Positions 29,844-39,578 of a DNA stretch of 64,000 bases are shown here, one piece after another. Every line of letters begins with the position of its first letter. Within the stretch, counting starts at the first letter, position 1. The DNA lies in contig CAXXYH010000004.1 of the NCBI GenBank assembly GCA_963677925.2, forward strand, positions 2,528,001 to 2,592,000. The letters are read 5' to 3'. The stretch comes from Spirochaetia bacterium. Its GTDB lineage: Bacteria; Spirochaetota; Spirochaetia; UBA9216. The translations under genes and the position numbers were made by a program. The notes below the pieces were generated by a model. That model was not told the DNA's origin and did no database searches. It saw nothing but the letters and a program-made list of their open reading frames with translations.

Positions 29844-30568
29844 GAAAGACCTCCCTGAAAAATTGCCGAAAAAAGCGCAGCTGCGGCCATTGCTCCAACC
29901 ATGCTGATGGAAAGGGAAAACTCCTTCAGCCAGGTAACTTTAAATTTTTTCTCAATGAAGGTTGATAAAAGCATAAGCACAGCACCCGTTAGAAGCGTGA
30001 CCAGCTGTATACCTCCTCGGGTTATAGGTGGACCTATAAAAACTGCCAGCAGTCCCATATAGGCTGCCATAATGAGAGCCTGCATCCAGCTGGAATCCTT
30101 TGTTTTAACCCTGTCAAAACCGGATGATATTCTTTTAAGAAAAAATACGATGATTACCGGTGCGGAGATGGTCCCCAGTGTCATAATCCAGGCCGAGCTG
30201 GAAAATACTTCGGCGGTATATCCGTCTCCGCCCAAACCGTTTATTCCCATCACTTCGGCACCCATTCCTGCCGCCATCAGTTCATATGAAGCCGAACCGA
30301 GTACCGACAGCCGTATCCATGGAAAGGGGATACCAAGAACCGGGGCCATTGCAATCAGTGAAATCACGATTGGAATTGAAGGAACTACAGCAAGAACTGC
30401 ACTCGATTTGACAGCCTTGAGCATTCTGCTTCGTTCAATTCCCCGGCGCTTGCCCTCCTTCCAGGCGGTTGCCAGAAAAATAATCGACTGTGCAGTTATA
30501 AAAATAAAAACTGCACCGGCAATGATGAAAAGCAGAGGGCTGTTTGCAACTGAGAGGTAGTCTTTCAT
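29840..30568 (-). CDS. DUF5058 family membrane protein
   Basis: LGIPFPWIRLSVLGSASYEL, WLKEFSL. Confidence 0.8.
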   Translation of the reverse strand: MKDYLSVANSPLLFIIAGAVFIFITAQSIIFLATAWKEGKRRGIERSRMLKAVKSSAVLAVVPSIPIVISLIAMAPVLGIPFPWIRLSVLGSASYELMAAGMGAEVMGINGLGGDGYTAEVFSSSAWIMTLGTISAPVIIVFFLKRISSGFDRVKTKDSSWMQALIMAAYMGLLAVFIGPPITRGGIQLVTLLTGAVLMLLSTFIEKKFKVTWLKEFSLSISMVGAMAAAALFSAIFQGGLS

Positions 30569-30577
30569 ACTTTCTCC

Positions 30578-31576
30578 TTAAATCTGATCTGAAAGGGTAG
30601 CTATTCTGAATTCCTCAAGGTTCTCCTCCCGGCCGAACACAATTAAAGTGTCATGTTCAGAGAGACGGGTATCTGCAAGATTTGATGTATAAATCTGACC
30701 GCTGCGTTTTATACCCATTACGCTTATTTCGAATTTACTTCGAATATCCGCTTCCTTGAGACTCTTTCCAAGAAGCTTCGAAGTTCCAGAGAGGAACACT
30801 TCTTCAACTTTGAAACTTTCATTAGTCGAGGTAAGCATATTATCCATATAATCAAGGGCTGCGGGTTTCAGAACAGACAGTGCCATTCTAGTTCCGCCTA
30901 TTCGTTCGGGATTGATAACCCGGTCTGCTCCCGCCTTGCGCAGTTTTGATTCACTCTCCGCCTTTTCTGCACTTGACGTGATATTAAGCGCAGAGTTCAT
31001 CTCCCTTGCGGTGAGAATAATCAGTACATTCTCGGCATCGTTTTTAGTTGTAATAAGTCCGCCTGCCTTATCTATTCCGGCACGGGTAAGCACTTCTTCC
31101 TCGCACGGGTCTCCGGCCACAACTTTAAACTTATCCATATAGGGTTCAAGTTTGGGTTCATCGCTGTCTACAAGGACAAAATCCTGCTTTTCCTGAACCA
31201 TCTTTTCTATTATGGTCGGGGTCATTGAGCCGACACCGCAGACTATTATATGTCTGTTAAGTCTTTTTATTTTCTTTTCCATTCTTCTGCTCCGCTTGTA
31301 CGGTGAGATGTTGAATTCGACAATTATTCCGATTATCTGGCCCATAAGGTAGGTAAACATTATGATGCATACCGGGACAAGGAACATTGCAAAGATTTTT
31401 CCTGCTTCGGTTGTTGGAATTACATCGCCGAAACCGATTGTAAGCACTGTAGTAACAGTCATCCAGAGTGCATCAAAATAATTAATATCTTCAAAAACTG
31501 AGAAACCTATTACAGATGATATTAACAGCAGCACAAGAACGACAGAGGGTATTACGGTTTTAAGATATTGATTCAC
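30578..31576 (-). CDS. 2-TM potassium channel with RCK (TrkA-N/TrkA-C) domains
   Basis: Filter TVLTIGFGD; IIVCGVG; AGADRVINP; TrkA-C LLGKSL. Confidence 0.92.
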   Translation of the reverse strand: MNQYLKTVIPSVVLVLLLISSVIGFSVFEDINYFDALWMTVTTVLTIGFGDVIPTTEAGKIFAMFLVPVCIIMFTYLMGQIIGIIVEFNISPYKRSRRMEKKIKRLNRHIIVCGVGSMTPTIIEKMVQEKQDFVLVDSDEPKLEPYMDKFKVVAGDPCEEEVLTRAGIDKAGGLITTKNDAENVLIILTAREMNSALNITSSAEKAESESKLRKAGADRVINPERIGGTRMALSVLKPAALDYMDNMLTSTNESFKVEEVFLSGTSKLLGKSLKEADIRSKFEISVMGIKRSGQIYTSNLADTRLSEHDTLIVFGREENLEEFRIATLSDQI

Positions 31577-31623
31577 ATCCGATATTTTATTTTAAAGAGA
31601 CGGTCTGTACAACATTTTTCTAT

Positions 31624-31660
31624 AAAAAAAGAGCCGACAGGGTATAAACTCAGTCGGCTC
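31624..31660 (-). terminator. Intrinsic terminator of the Gld-like ABC operon
   Basis: GAGCCGAC...GTCGGCTC followed by T7 on the minus strand. Confidence 0.75.
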
Positions 31661-31681
31661 ATTGAAATTTATGAGTAAGAT

Positions 31682-32581
31682 CTATTCTTCAGAAAATTCC
31701 ATTCCGAATCCCTTTAGAATTGATTCACCGGAATAAGCTGAAATAATGAAGCTGTATCCGCGTATTGAACTCCATGCAGGATACCCGTCTTCAGTTGCAG
31801 GCCATATCTGCAGGCTGATATCTTCATCGCCGGTAGAAAGACCGACAGTCCATTCAGGCTCTCCTGCCGGTTTTTCGGAAAGATACTTAGTAGATCTCAA
31901 AGATGTCAGGGTGGTTTCAGCCTTCGCAATCAGATCTGCATCAGGCTGGACTTCCGCCGAATCTTCTGTCCAGAGCTCGTTTTCATCCTTATACAGAATC
32001 CTGGTTGCTCCGCCGGAAGTAAATGTCATTTTCTGAAGATCTGATTTCTGCACCTTGATGATCTGCTTTTCCCTCATATCTTCCTTGCCTGAACCAACGC
32101 TTGAGGGCAGGCTTCCCCGGATTGAATATACGTTGCCGTCTCCGGGAAACATAATATATGTATAAACGCCGGAACTTGAAACCTTTCCAACATACAATTC
32201 GCGAACCATCTCATCTCCGCTGTAGGCTTTTACAGTGAATCGTTTGTCTTCGCTGAGATCGTAAAGCGCCGGATTGCCGGATGACGAAATAAGATCGACA
32301 ACTTTTATCTCGGTAAGGCTGTTGAGGATTGTATTTACTGTTGATGCATTGGCAAGCCAGTTTTCAGGCTGGATATACCAGTCATCTCCGTCTTTTTCGA
32401 AGATATAGCTGGCTTCCTGTCCGTCAATTGTGAGACTGCTAACGCTGTCCTTATCTATAATGTCTATTTCGGGAAGCTTGTAGTTAATATTTCCGCTGCT
32501 TCTGAAAATTATATATGCAAGAAGCACGAGCGCAATTACTGCAAGGATGATAAATTCTCGGTATGTTTTAAGCTTATTCAT
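31682..32581 (-). CDS. DUF4340 protein
   Basis: N-terminal TM anchor, two repeated soluble domains, downstream of the GldG-like gene. Confidence 0.75.
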   Translation of the reverse strand: MNKLKTYREFIILAVIALVLLAYIIFRSSGNINYKLPEIDIIDKDSVSSLTIDGQEASYIFEKDGDDWYIQPENWLANASTVNTILNSLTEIKVVDLISSSGNPALYDLSEDKRFTVKAYSGDEMVRELYVGKVSSSGVYTYIMFPGDGNVYSIRGSLPSSVGSGKEDMREKQIIKVQKSDLQKMTFTSGGATRILYKDENELWTEDSAEVQPDADLIAKAETTLTSLRSTKYLSEKPAGEPEWTVGLSTGDEDISLQIWPATEDGYPAWSSIRGYSFIISAYSGESILKGFGMEFSEE

Positions 32582-34712
32582 TGTCGTCCTCCCTGAACAT
32601 GGCGGCAATCTTCTTCTGTCTTGACAGCCACCTGAACCAGATAATTATTCCTGCAAGTATAACCAGTACGGGTATTATTACCATGTTGAAGGTCTTGATG
32701 AAAGTTTTTACTGCCGGAGTTGTTTCATCCAGCGGGCTGTAGTTAAGGCCCTTTCCGCGCATTACTGCATAATCGCCCTTACCGAGCATCTCATCTACTA
32801 TGTTGAAAACCATCACTGCATTAGGAGAAGCTCCCTGCTCATCAATAATATTGTCGGTTACAGCCATAGTTGATCCAAAGACGAAGAGCTTTCCGTGGTC
32901 CGTACTTTTAACAATTGAATCAGCCCTGCTCATCCGGTCGGCTGCAATAAGGTACTCTTCAGTGTCTGCCTCATCGCCTTCTTCAGGTTCAGGCATCTGC
33001 GGAATATCCTTATCGGCGTAATAACTTGTAAACTCACCGCTGAGCATACAGGCCAGCGGATAGCTTGACCTTGAATCTGCTCCTGCAGGAGGTGACATCA
33101 TCATCGGGTTATAAAGATTTATATTCTGCGGATCATCCATCAGCCATGCGTCATCGGAAGAAGAAAAGAGAATTTCAGCCTCTGTTCCTTCAGGGAGATC
33201 CTCTGAAATTTTTACCGGTGAGCTGTTAAGCATGATCAATCCGTTTATGCCCTTCATGAAAGGCAGTTCAGTGTTGATCTTGTTCTGTGGTATTTCGGGT
33301 GCAAAATAAATCGGCACCTCTGTTATCCCGTTCTGCCCCTGCTGCCGCTGAACAAAACAGTTTTCATCCAGTACATATGAAGGCTCGATTGTTACACCGT
33401 AATGTTCTATCAGCTTTTCAAGTCCGGTATTCCGGGGTATGTAGATTGGCGGCTGCTGCTGGTAGGGGTTATCGCTCTGCTGGTAGTACTCCATGTATGA
33501 ATCCATGAATACCGCAACGGAGCCTCCGTTCATGAGGTACTGGTCAATCTGGTACAGCTCCCAGTCGGTGAAGGGCTGGTATGGCTGCGGTCTTACAATA
33601 ATAAGTGCACCTGCATCGTTCGGAATCATCTGTGATGAAAGGCTTACAGGATTAATGCTGTAGCGCTGTGAAAGATTTGAGGCAAATGCCTGTGCAGTAG
33701 GATCGCTTGTCTGCTGCTGGCTGTATGAATATGGCTGAATAGCACCATGATCTGCGAGCCAGGCAATTGATGAACCAACACCAATCAGTTTTTCAACCAC
33801 TCCGTTAAGGCTGTCTTCCAGATCCGCCGGGTTCTGAACGGAATAACCGAAGAGTGAGCGTGAAAGTGCGTCAAAAGTCCGGTACTTATCCTTGTATTCG
33901 ATGACACCGCTTGCATACAGGTTGCTTGTGTTTCCGTTGTTATCCTTCAGCTGAAAGGGCTGTATGCCGTACTTCTCGGCAAGCTCGCTTCCGTTTCCTT
34001 CCTTGTCAGGATCTATCCAGTCAAAACTGATGCGGTTATAGTTAATTTTATTGAGTGAATCCACTGTTTCTGAAAGTGCTTCGGGATACTTCATAAGGTC
34101 TTCAGACATATTCAGTATTCCTGAGGACAGGTAAAGTTTAACTTTGATATCTTCATCAAGGCTAAGAAGTCTGCTGGTCTTTTCCTGCATCTTCATTACT
34201 GTTGATGTAATCTGATATTCAAGGTTTTCATTGGGTTCGATTGCAGGGATGGTTTCTATCATATCAGCATGAATAAAAACTATTCCCCGGTATGCAGAGA
34301 CTATTTTCAGTTCGCTTTCTTCAAGCTTTTGAATCTGTACAGGATTAATCCCGTAACCCTTTGCATCTTTTTCAATCTCTGAACTGTCTGCTGAATTATC
34401 TTCGTCTAGATTCTTTATCGTGTAAACATCGTAGTTGAAGTTCCTGTTGCCGTTGATTGAGTACTCTTCAAGGATATCGCTTAGATCCTGCTGAATATTG
34501 TTGTACGGATAGGGAAGGTCCTCGCTGATGTAAACCTTTATAGTGAGAGGCTCTTCAAGTTCCTGAACCATGTTTTTGCTGGTTTCAGAAAGTGAATAAT
34601 TCCGTCCTTCGGTCAGATCAATTCTGAAGAAGATTGTCTGAAAAGCCACATTAACCAGAATAACTACGAGCGCGTAAAGCGCAAATCTTAAAAGCTCTTT
34701 TTTTCTGTTCAT
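32574..34712 (-). CDS. GldG-family ABC auxiliary protein
   Basis: RIDLTEGRNYSLS, LEYQIT, DHG, IDQYLMNGG, C-terminal TM. Confidence 0.88.
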   Translation of the reverse strand: MNRKKELLRFALYALVVILVNVAFQTIFFRIDLTEGRNYSLSETSKNMVQELEEPLTIKVYISEDLPYPYNNIQQDLSDILEEYSINGNRNFNYDVYTIKNLDEDNSADSSEIEKDAKGYGINPVQIQKLEESELKIVSAYRGIVFIHADMIETIPAIEPNENLEYQITSTVMKMQEKTSRLLSLDEDIKVKLYLSSGILNMSEDLMKYPEALSETVDSLNKINYNRISFDWIDPDKEGNGSELAEKYGIQPFQLKDNNGNTSNLYASGVIEYKDKYRTFDALSRSLFGYSVQNPADLEDSLNGVVEKLIGVGSSIAWLADHGAIQPYSYSQQQTSDPTAQAFASNLSQRYSINPVSLSSQMIPNDAGALIIVRPQPYQPFTDWELYQIDQYLMNGGSVAVFMDSYMEYYQQSDNPYQQQPPIYIPRNTGLEKLIEHYGVTIEPSYVLDENCFVQRQQGQNGITEVPIYFAPEIPQNKINTELPFMKGINGLIMLNSSPVKISEDLPEGTEAEILFSSSDDAWLMDDPQNINLYNPMMMSPPAGADSRSSYPLACMLSGEFTSYYADKDIPQMPEPEEGDEADTEEYLIAADRMSRADSIVKSTDHGKLFVFGSTMAVTDNIIDEQGASPNAVMVFNIVDEMLGKGDYAVMRGKGLNYSPLDETTPAVKTFIKTFNMVIIPVLVILAGIIIWFRWLSRQKKIAAMFREDDNE

Positions 34713-34721
34713 AGTATTCTC

Positions 34722-35432
34722 CTATCTCTTTTCCCGGTTAAGCAGCCAGGAACCGTAGAGCGCAAGGAATATTACAGATACAAAGTAGATAAGGTCTCTT
34801 GAGTCTATGATTCCTTTGGATATGTTTGAAAAATGGTAGGCAGTTCCGGCAAGTGAGAGCACTTTGCCGAGTCCGGCCGGTATAAGCCATATCAGCTGAT
34901 CGATAAGCGAAAGGAAGATACAGACCGCTGCGCTTATGATAAAAGCCACTATCTGGTTTCTTGTTGTCGATGAAGCCAGTATGCCGATCGAGGCATAAGC
35001 TCCGGCCATCAGTACTGAGCCGATGTATCCGCCGATTACCGGTCCCATATCAACATTTCCTACAAGGCTTACCGAAACCGCATACAACAGCGTTGGTGCA
35101 ATCATTATCATTATGAATACCAGAGCGGACAGGAACTTGCCGCCTACTATATCACCGCCTGTGACCGGCTGGGTCTTAAGCATCTCGAAGGAGCCTGTAC
35201 TGTATTCTTCAGAGAAGAGCCTCATTGTAATCGCCGGAATGGTAAAAGAAAAAAGAATGGGCATCATGCTGAAGAAACTTCTCAGATCTGCACGTCCTGC
35301 AAGAAAGAAGGTTGAGAAGAAAAACCAGCCTGTGAGTGCCAGATAGATTGTCATAACTATATAAGCTGCCGGTGAAAGAAGAAATGACTTGAGTTCCCGT
35401 CTGAAAATAGTATTTATTGATTTAGCTTTCAT
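34722..35432 (-). CDS. GldF-type ABC-2 permease
   Basis: RELKSF.SP.AY, TMRLFSEE..GS.E.L.T.P, S.T.NQIVAF, GIIDSRD..YF. Confidence 0.9.
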   Translation of the reverse strand: MKAKSINTIFRRELKSFLLSPAAYIVMTIYLALTGWFFFSTFFLAGRADLRSFFSMMPILFSFTIPAITMRLFSEEYSTGSFEMLKTQPVTGGDIVGGKFLSALVFIMIMIAPTLLYAVSVSLVGNVDMGPVIGGYIGSVLMAGAYASIGILASSTTRNQIVAFIISAAVCIFLSLIDQLIWLIPAGLGKVLSLAGTAYHFSNISKGIIDSRDLIYFVSVIFLALYGSWLLNREKR

Positions 35433-36364
35433 ACATTCTGCTCCCGGGTAAGTTCTCTGAAGATATTCTCAAGAGTCTGTTTCTGCTGAACCATTTCCAG
35501 CAGTACAAGATCAGAATCCTTAATCCGGCCGTATACGGCTTCTCGCTGGTCGCCGCTGCAGGCAAGCTTTACTGTAACTGAATCACTCGCGGAAACGGTA
35601 TCATTTATTGAATACAGCTCGGAACCGCTGAAAAGCTTATTAAGGGCTCCGGCCTTGTCGCTGCCTTTTACGGTGAGTTCTATAACCTGCCGGTTCTTTT
35701 CGCCGCTTTTCAGCATCTCTACCGGACCGTCTGCAGCAACATTTCCCTTATTGATGATAACAACACGGCTGCATGCGGCTTCAGCTTCACTGAGTATGTG
35801 AGTAGAAAAGATAATAGTTTTTTCTTTTCCGATATCCTTGATAATTGATCTGATTTCAACGATCTGGTTCGGGTCCAGTCCGGATGTGGGTTCATCCAGT
35901 ACAAGAATTTCCGGATCATCCATAAGGGCATGGGCAAGTCCGACTCTTTGTTTATATCCCTTTGAAAGAGTCCGTATGGGTTTGTGCATTACATCACCTA
36001 TTCCGCAAAGCCCTGCAAGTTCGCGGATTCTCTTCTTTTTCATGTCCTTATCAAGCCCGCGGAGATCGGAAGAATAATTAAGATAGTCAAAAACAAGCAT
36101 GTCCGGATAAAGCGGAGCGGATTCCGGAAGATACCCGATAAGTTTCTTTACCTCGACAGGGTTTTCTGTAACATCAATTCCATTAACTTTTATTGTTCCG
36201 GAGGTCGGTTGCAGATATCCTGTGAGGATTCTTAAAGTTGTACTTTTGCCGGCACCGTTGGGACCTAGCAGCCCCAGGACCTGGCCTGACGGTATTTCAA
36301 AGTTGATGCCGTTAACAGCTCTGGTCTGGCCGTACTCCTTTACAAGATTTTCAATACTAATCAT
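35429..36364 (-). CDS. GldA-type ABC ATPase
   Basis: GPNGAGKST, LSKGYKQRVGLA, LDEPTSGLDPNQ, STHILSE. Confidence 0.93.
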   Translation of the reverse strand: MISIENLVKEYGQTRAVNGINFEIPSGQVLGLLGPNGAGKSTTLRILTGYLQPTSGTIKVNGIDVTENPVEVKKLIGYLPESAPLYPDMLVFDYLNYSSDLRGLDKDMKKKRIRELAGLCGIGDVMHKPIRTLSKGYKQRVGLAHALMDDPEILVLDEPTSGLDPNQIVEIRSIIKDIGKEKTIIFSTHILSEAEAACSRVVIINKGNVAADGPVEMLKSGEKNRQVIELTVKGSDKAGALNKLFSGSELYSINDTVSASDSVTVKLACSGDQREAVYGRIKDSDLVLLEMVQQKQTLENIFRELTREQNV

Positions 36365-36493
36365 AGTCAGCCTCTTGAAAGTTGGTATTTATTTTATTGA
36401 ATCATTAAAAAATTACTTATGATTATGGCTTTGATCAAGGGCGGATTTGAAAAAAGGCTTCAGATGTACATTACAATTTTGTAATGTTGAAGT

Positions 36494-37654
36494 TTATCGG
36501 GTGATTTCTTCAATAATATCATCGAGCATCGGCGCCCGTCTGGTCCATGCATAGGATGCCCCAGTTTCTGTCAGCTGACTCAGCAGCTTTACGGTTTTTT
36601 CTGAGATTTCCCCGGAATGATATTCTATCAGAAGGCTAATCAGTTTTTCAGTAAGTTCATCCTCATTTTTATAAAGCACTTCTTTGTGCAGATTAGGCGG
36701 AATGAGTTCCGGGTAGCTTAACCTTTTTGGAAGCAGCGGAAAGCAGCCGTACCTCACGGCCTCAATAATGGAAATTCCGAAGTTTTCCTGAATGGATGTG
36801 CTTACAGCTATGTCGGATTCACTCACCCGTCGGAAATATTCCTCCTTCGATTCGGCAAAACCGAACTGCAGAATCCGCTGCCCGTAGAATTCCCTTGCCT
36901 CATTGAAAGCCTTCGGCTGAGCCTGGAAGTTTTCCCCCATTATTATAAGGTTAAACGGATTCTTATATTCCAGTTTTTTAAGGGCGGTATCGGCTTTTTT
37001 CAGGGCTGCAAAGAATACCTCCGGGCACTTGTCAAACTCCCATCGGTGGTTCCAGAGTATAGAAGGAATCTTTTTTTCAGCGGGAGATAAGGCTCCAGCT
37101 GCTGCTGCCTCTGATTGCTGTATGGCTTTGTCTTCAGGAAAGCTGCAGCCGGGGTAGGCGACCCGTGATTTCTGTCTAATCAGATCCACGACCCAGAGAG
37201 GTTTATATTCAGGCATTTTTCTTATAAAAGGAGTCAGTCCATCGACAAAGCTGTTCATGTGAAAATTGGAATTGAATATCAGACAATCAGCAGCAAGGGC
37301 TGTTGTGATATCGGTGAATCCGAACTGGTAATCCATCTTTTCACCCTCGGGAAGGGGATAGGAAAGCTGGTTCTCGTGAAAGTAAACGGCAGTCGGCGGG
37401 CATCTGTTTCCCCACATCATCTTAAGATCCGAAAGGCTCATCATATCCGAGGTTAGAAGCAGGTCGTAAGCTTCCGGAGTCTCAACACTATGGGCAAAAT
37501 GAAGAGCAGCTCCACGCATCCGCCATTTCCAGTATCTGGAGGGCAGGGTGACCAGCTCAATATCGTGCCTGCTGCATTTTATATATCCGTCCGTAAAGTC
37601 CTTGTGCGAGCCTCCGTAAAAAGGTTCAATAAATAAAATTTTCAGTTTACCCAT
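36494..37654 (-). CDS. DUF3524 + GT-B glycosyltransferase (GTDC1/QTMAN-like)
   Basis: EPFYGGSH, LP.R.WKWRMRG, YFHENQL.YP, WNHRWEFDK.PE.F, ENFGISIIEA, RLSYPE. Confidence 0.85.
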   Translation of the reverse strand: MGKLKILFIEPFYGGSHKDFTDGYIKCSRHDIELVTLPSRYWKWRMRGAALHFAHSVETPEAYDLLLTSDMMSLSDLKMMWGNRCPPTAVYFHENQLSYPLPEGEKMDYQFGFTDITTALAADCLIFNSNFHMNSFVDGLTPFIRKMPEYKPLWVVDLIRQKSRVAYPGCSFPEDKAIQQSEAAAAGALSPAEKKIPSILWNHRWEFDKCPEVFFAALKKADTALKKLEYKNPFNLIIMGENFQAQPKAFNEAREFYGQRILQFGFAESKEEYFRRVSESDIAVSTSIQENFGISIIEAVRYGCFPLLPKRLSYPELIPPNLHKEVLYKNEDELTEKLISLLIEYHSGEISEKTVKLLSQLTETGASYAWTRRAPMLDDIIEEITR

Positions 37655-37778
37655 GTCCAGATATGATATATTTAAAAGCGTTATGATCAAGTGATCTGCA
37701 GAGAATATTTTCAGAACTGAAACATTGTTGAAGCTGTCTGTTCTCTTCTTTATAATGAATAAGTAAGGAGATTAAATT

Positions 37779-39521
37779 ATGAATCCTGATGAATTAAAAG
37801 TTAAGGCAGAGGAATATCTTTCCCTCGAACGTCATCCCTACTTCCTCGAGGACCTTAAAAAAGTAATAGAAAAAAATGACCAGAATGAACTTAATGACAG
37901 GTTTTACACCGATCTCGGCTTCGGAACCGGAGGTCTCCGCGGAGTAATCGGCGGCGGTTATAACCGGATGAATGCCTATACTGTTCGAAAAGCCACCCAG
38001 GGGCTTGCCGACTATATAACCGAACAGAAGGGCGGAAGCGGCAGTGTCGCCATAGCATATGATTCCAGAAATTTTTCAGAGACCTTTGCAAAGGAAGCGG
38101 CGCTTACTCTCTGTACAAACGGGATCAAGGTCTATCTTTTCAGCTCACTTCGTCCTACACCTGAGCTTTCCTTTGCGGTAAGGGAATTAGGCGCAACTGC
38201 CGGTATCGTTGTAACAGCAAGTCATAACCCTCCCGAGTACAATGGCTACAAGGTTTACTGGGACGACGGGGGACAAATTGTTCCTCCTCATGATTCGGCG
38301 ATTATAAAGAAGGTTAGAGAAGTTTCGAAAGTTCCGGAATCAATAAGTGAAAAGGACTCTCTTGAGAAGGGACTTCTGGTTTATATAGACAGCGAAATTG
38401 ACGATAAATTCATTTCAATGATAAAGAAGTACTTTCTGTATCCGGAGCTTCTTAAAGAGAAGGGTAAGGAGCTGAAAGTTGTTTATACACCGCTTCACGG
38501 AACTGGTACCATGCTGGTTGAACGTACACTCAGTGAAATCGGTATTGAAGCAGTAACTGTTCCGGAGCAGCGTGAGCCGGACGGTAATTTTCCAACAGTT
38601 GATTATCCGAACCCGGAGGAAGCCTCTGCAATGAAGCTTGCATGTGAACTGGGAGAAAAAATCGGAGCCGACCTGGTTCTCGGCACCGACCCAGATGCCG
38701 ACAGACTGGGAATAGCTGTCCCGGGCCCCAATGGTAAAATGCAGCTTATTACCGGCAACCAGCTTGGTTCGCTGCTCTCTGAGTACCGTTTCTCCGGACT
38801 GAAGGAGAAAGGTGCGGTTCCGTCAAATCCTGTTCTCATCAAAACCATCGTAACTACTGAACTTCAGGCAAGAATTGCATCGGCCTACGGGGCGAAGGTC
38901 TACAATGTTCTGACCGGATTCAAGTATATAGGTGAAAAACTCAGGGAGTTTGAATCAACAGGAGAAAATTATGTATTCGGCGGTGAGGAGAGCTACGGTT
39001 ACCTTACAGAAACAGAGGTAAGGGACAAAGACGCTGTATCCTCTGCAGTTCTTACTGCAGAGATGGCACTTGTCTACCGTGAAAAGGGAATGAGCCTTCT
39101 GGATCTTCTTGACGAAATCTACAGTAAATACGGATATTTTGAGGAAACAATGGTCTCTAAAACCTATAAGGGGCAGCAGGGCGTTGAGAAAATCAAATCT
39201 ATTATGAACGGGCTCAGAGAAAATCCCCCTGCAAAGATCGGAGATTCTGCTGTTGCCGTTATAAAGGATTATCAGAACAGTACTGAATATGACGGAACAG
39301 GTAAAGAATGCGGTAAGATTGATCTGCCGGTTTCGAATGTACTTCAATACATCCTTGCAGATGATACGATAGTAACTGCCAGACCTTCAGGGACTGAACC
39401 CAAGATTAAATTCTATGCATCTGTCTGTACAGAGAAAGGTATTGAAAAAGCAGATGCAATTAAAATAGCAGGTAATAAGATTGATGCGATAAAAGCGGAT
39501 ATTGAAACAATCTGCGGATAA
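37779..39521 (+). CDS. pgm: Phosphoglucomutase/phosphomannomutase
   Basis: FGTGGLRG, TASHNP, DPDADR, GEESYG, RPSGTEPKIK. Confidence 0.93.
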   Translation: MNPDELKVKAEEYLSLERHPYFLEDLKKVIEKNDQNELNDRFYTDLGFGTGGLRGVIGGGYNRMNAYTVRKATQGLADYITEQKGGSGSVAIAYDSRNFSETFAKEAALTLCTNGIKVYLFSSLRPTPELSFAVRELGATAGIVVTASHNPPEYNGYKVYWDDGGQIVPPHDSAIIKKVREVSKVPESISEKDSLEKGLLVYIDSEIDDKFISMIKKYFLYPELLKEKGKELKVVYTPLHGTGTMLVERTLSEIGIEAVTVPEQREPDGNFPTVDYPNPEEASAMKLACELGEKIGADLVLGTDPDADRLGIAVPGPNGKMQLITGNQLGSLLSEYRFSGLKEKGAVPSNPVLIKTIVTTELQARIASAYGAKVYNVLTGFKYIGEKLREFESTGENYVFGGEESYGYLTETEVRDKDAVSSAVLTAEMALVYREKGMSLLDLLDEIYSKYGYFEETMVSKTYKGQQGVEKIKSIMNGLRENPPAKIGDSAVAVIKDYQNSTEYDGTGKECGKIDLPVSNVLQYILADDTIVTARPSGTEPKIKFYASVCTEKGIEKADAIKIAGNKIDAIKADIETICG

Positions 39522-39543
39522 TTTCGGTGTCGGAATAGATAAT

Positions 39544-39573
39544 AAGCCGGAGCATTAAAGCTCCGGTTTTTTT
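39544..39573 (+). terminator. Intrinsic terminator after pgm
   Basis: GCCGGAGC-ATTAAA-GCTCCGGT followed by a T-run. Confidence 0.85.
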
Positions 39574-39578
39574 GTCTT

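Noticed and set aside
30578-31576. GFG instead of GYG filter as a sign of altered ion selectivity
   Set aside because: GFG is a known K+-selective variant.
31682-36364. Gliding motility system
   Set aside because: GldA/F/G-like ABC plus DUF4340 is widespread in non-gliding bacteria, and no T9SS genes are present.
36468-36487. Palindrome ACATTACAA-TT-TTGTAATGT upstream of the Gld-like operon
   Set aside because: AT-rich, single copy, right after a stop codon; cannot tell operator from terminator remnant or chance.
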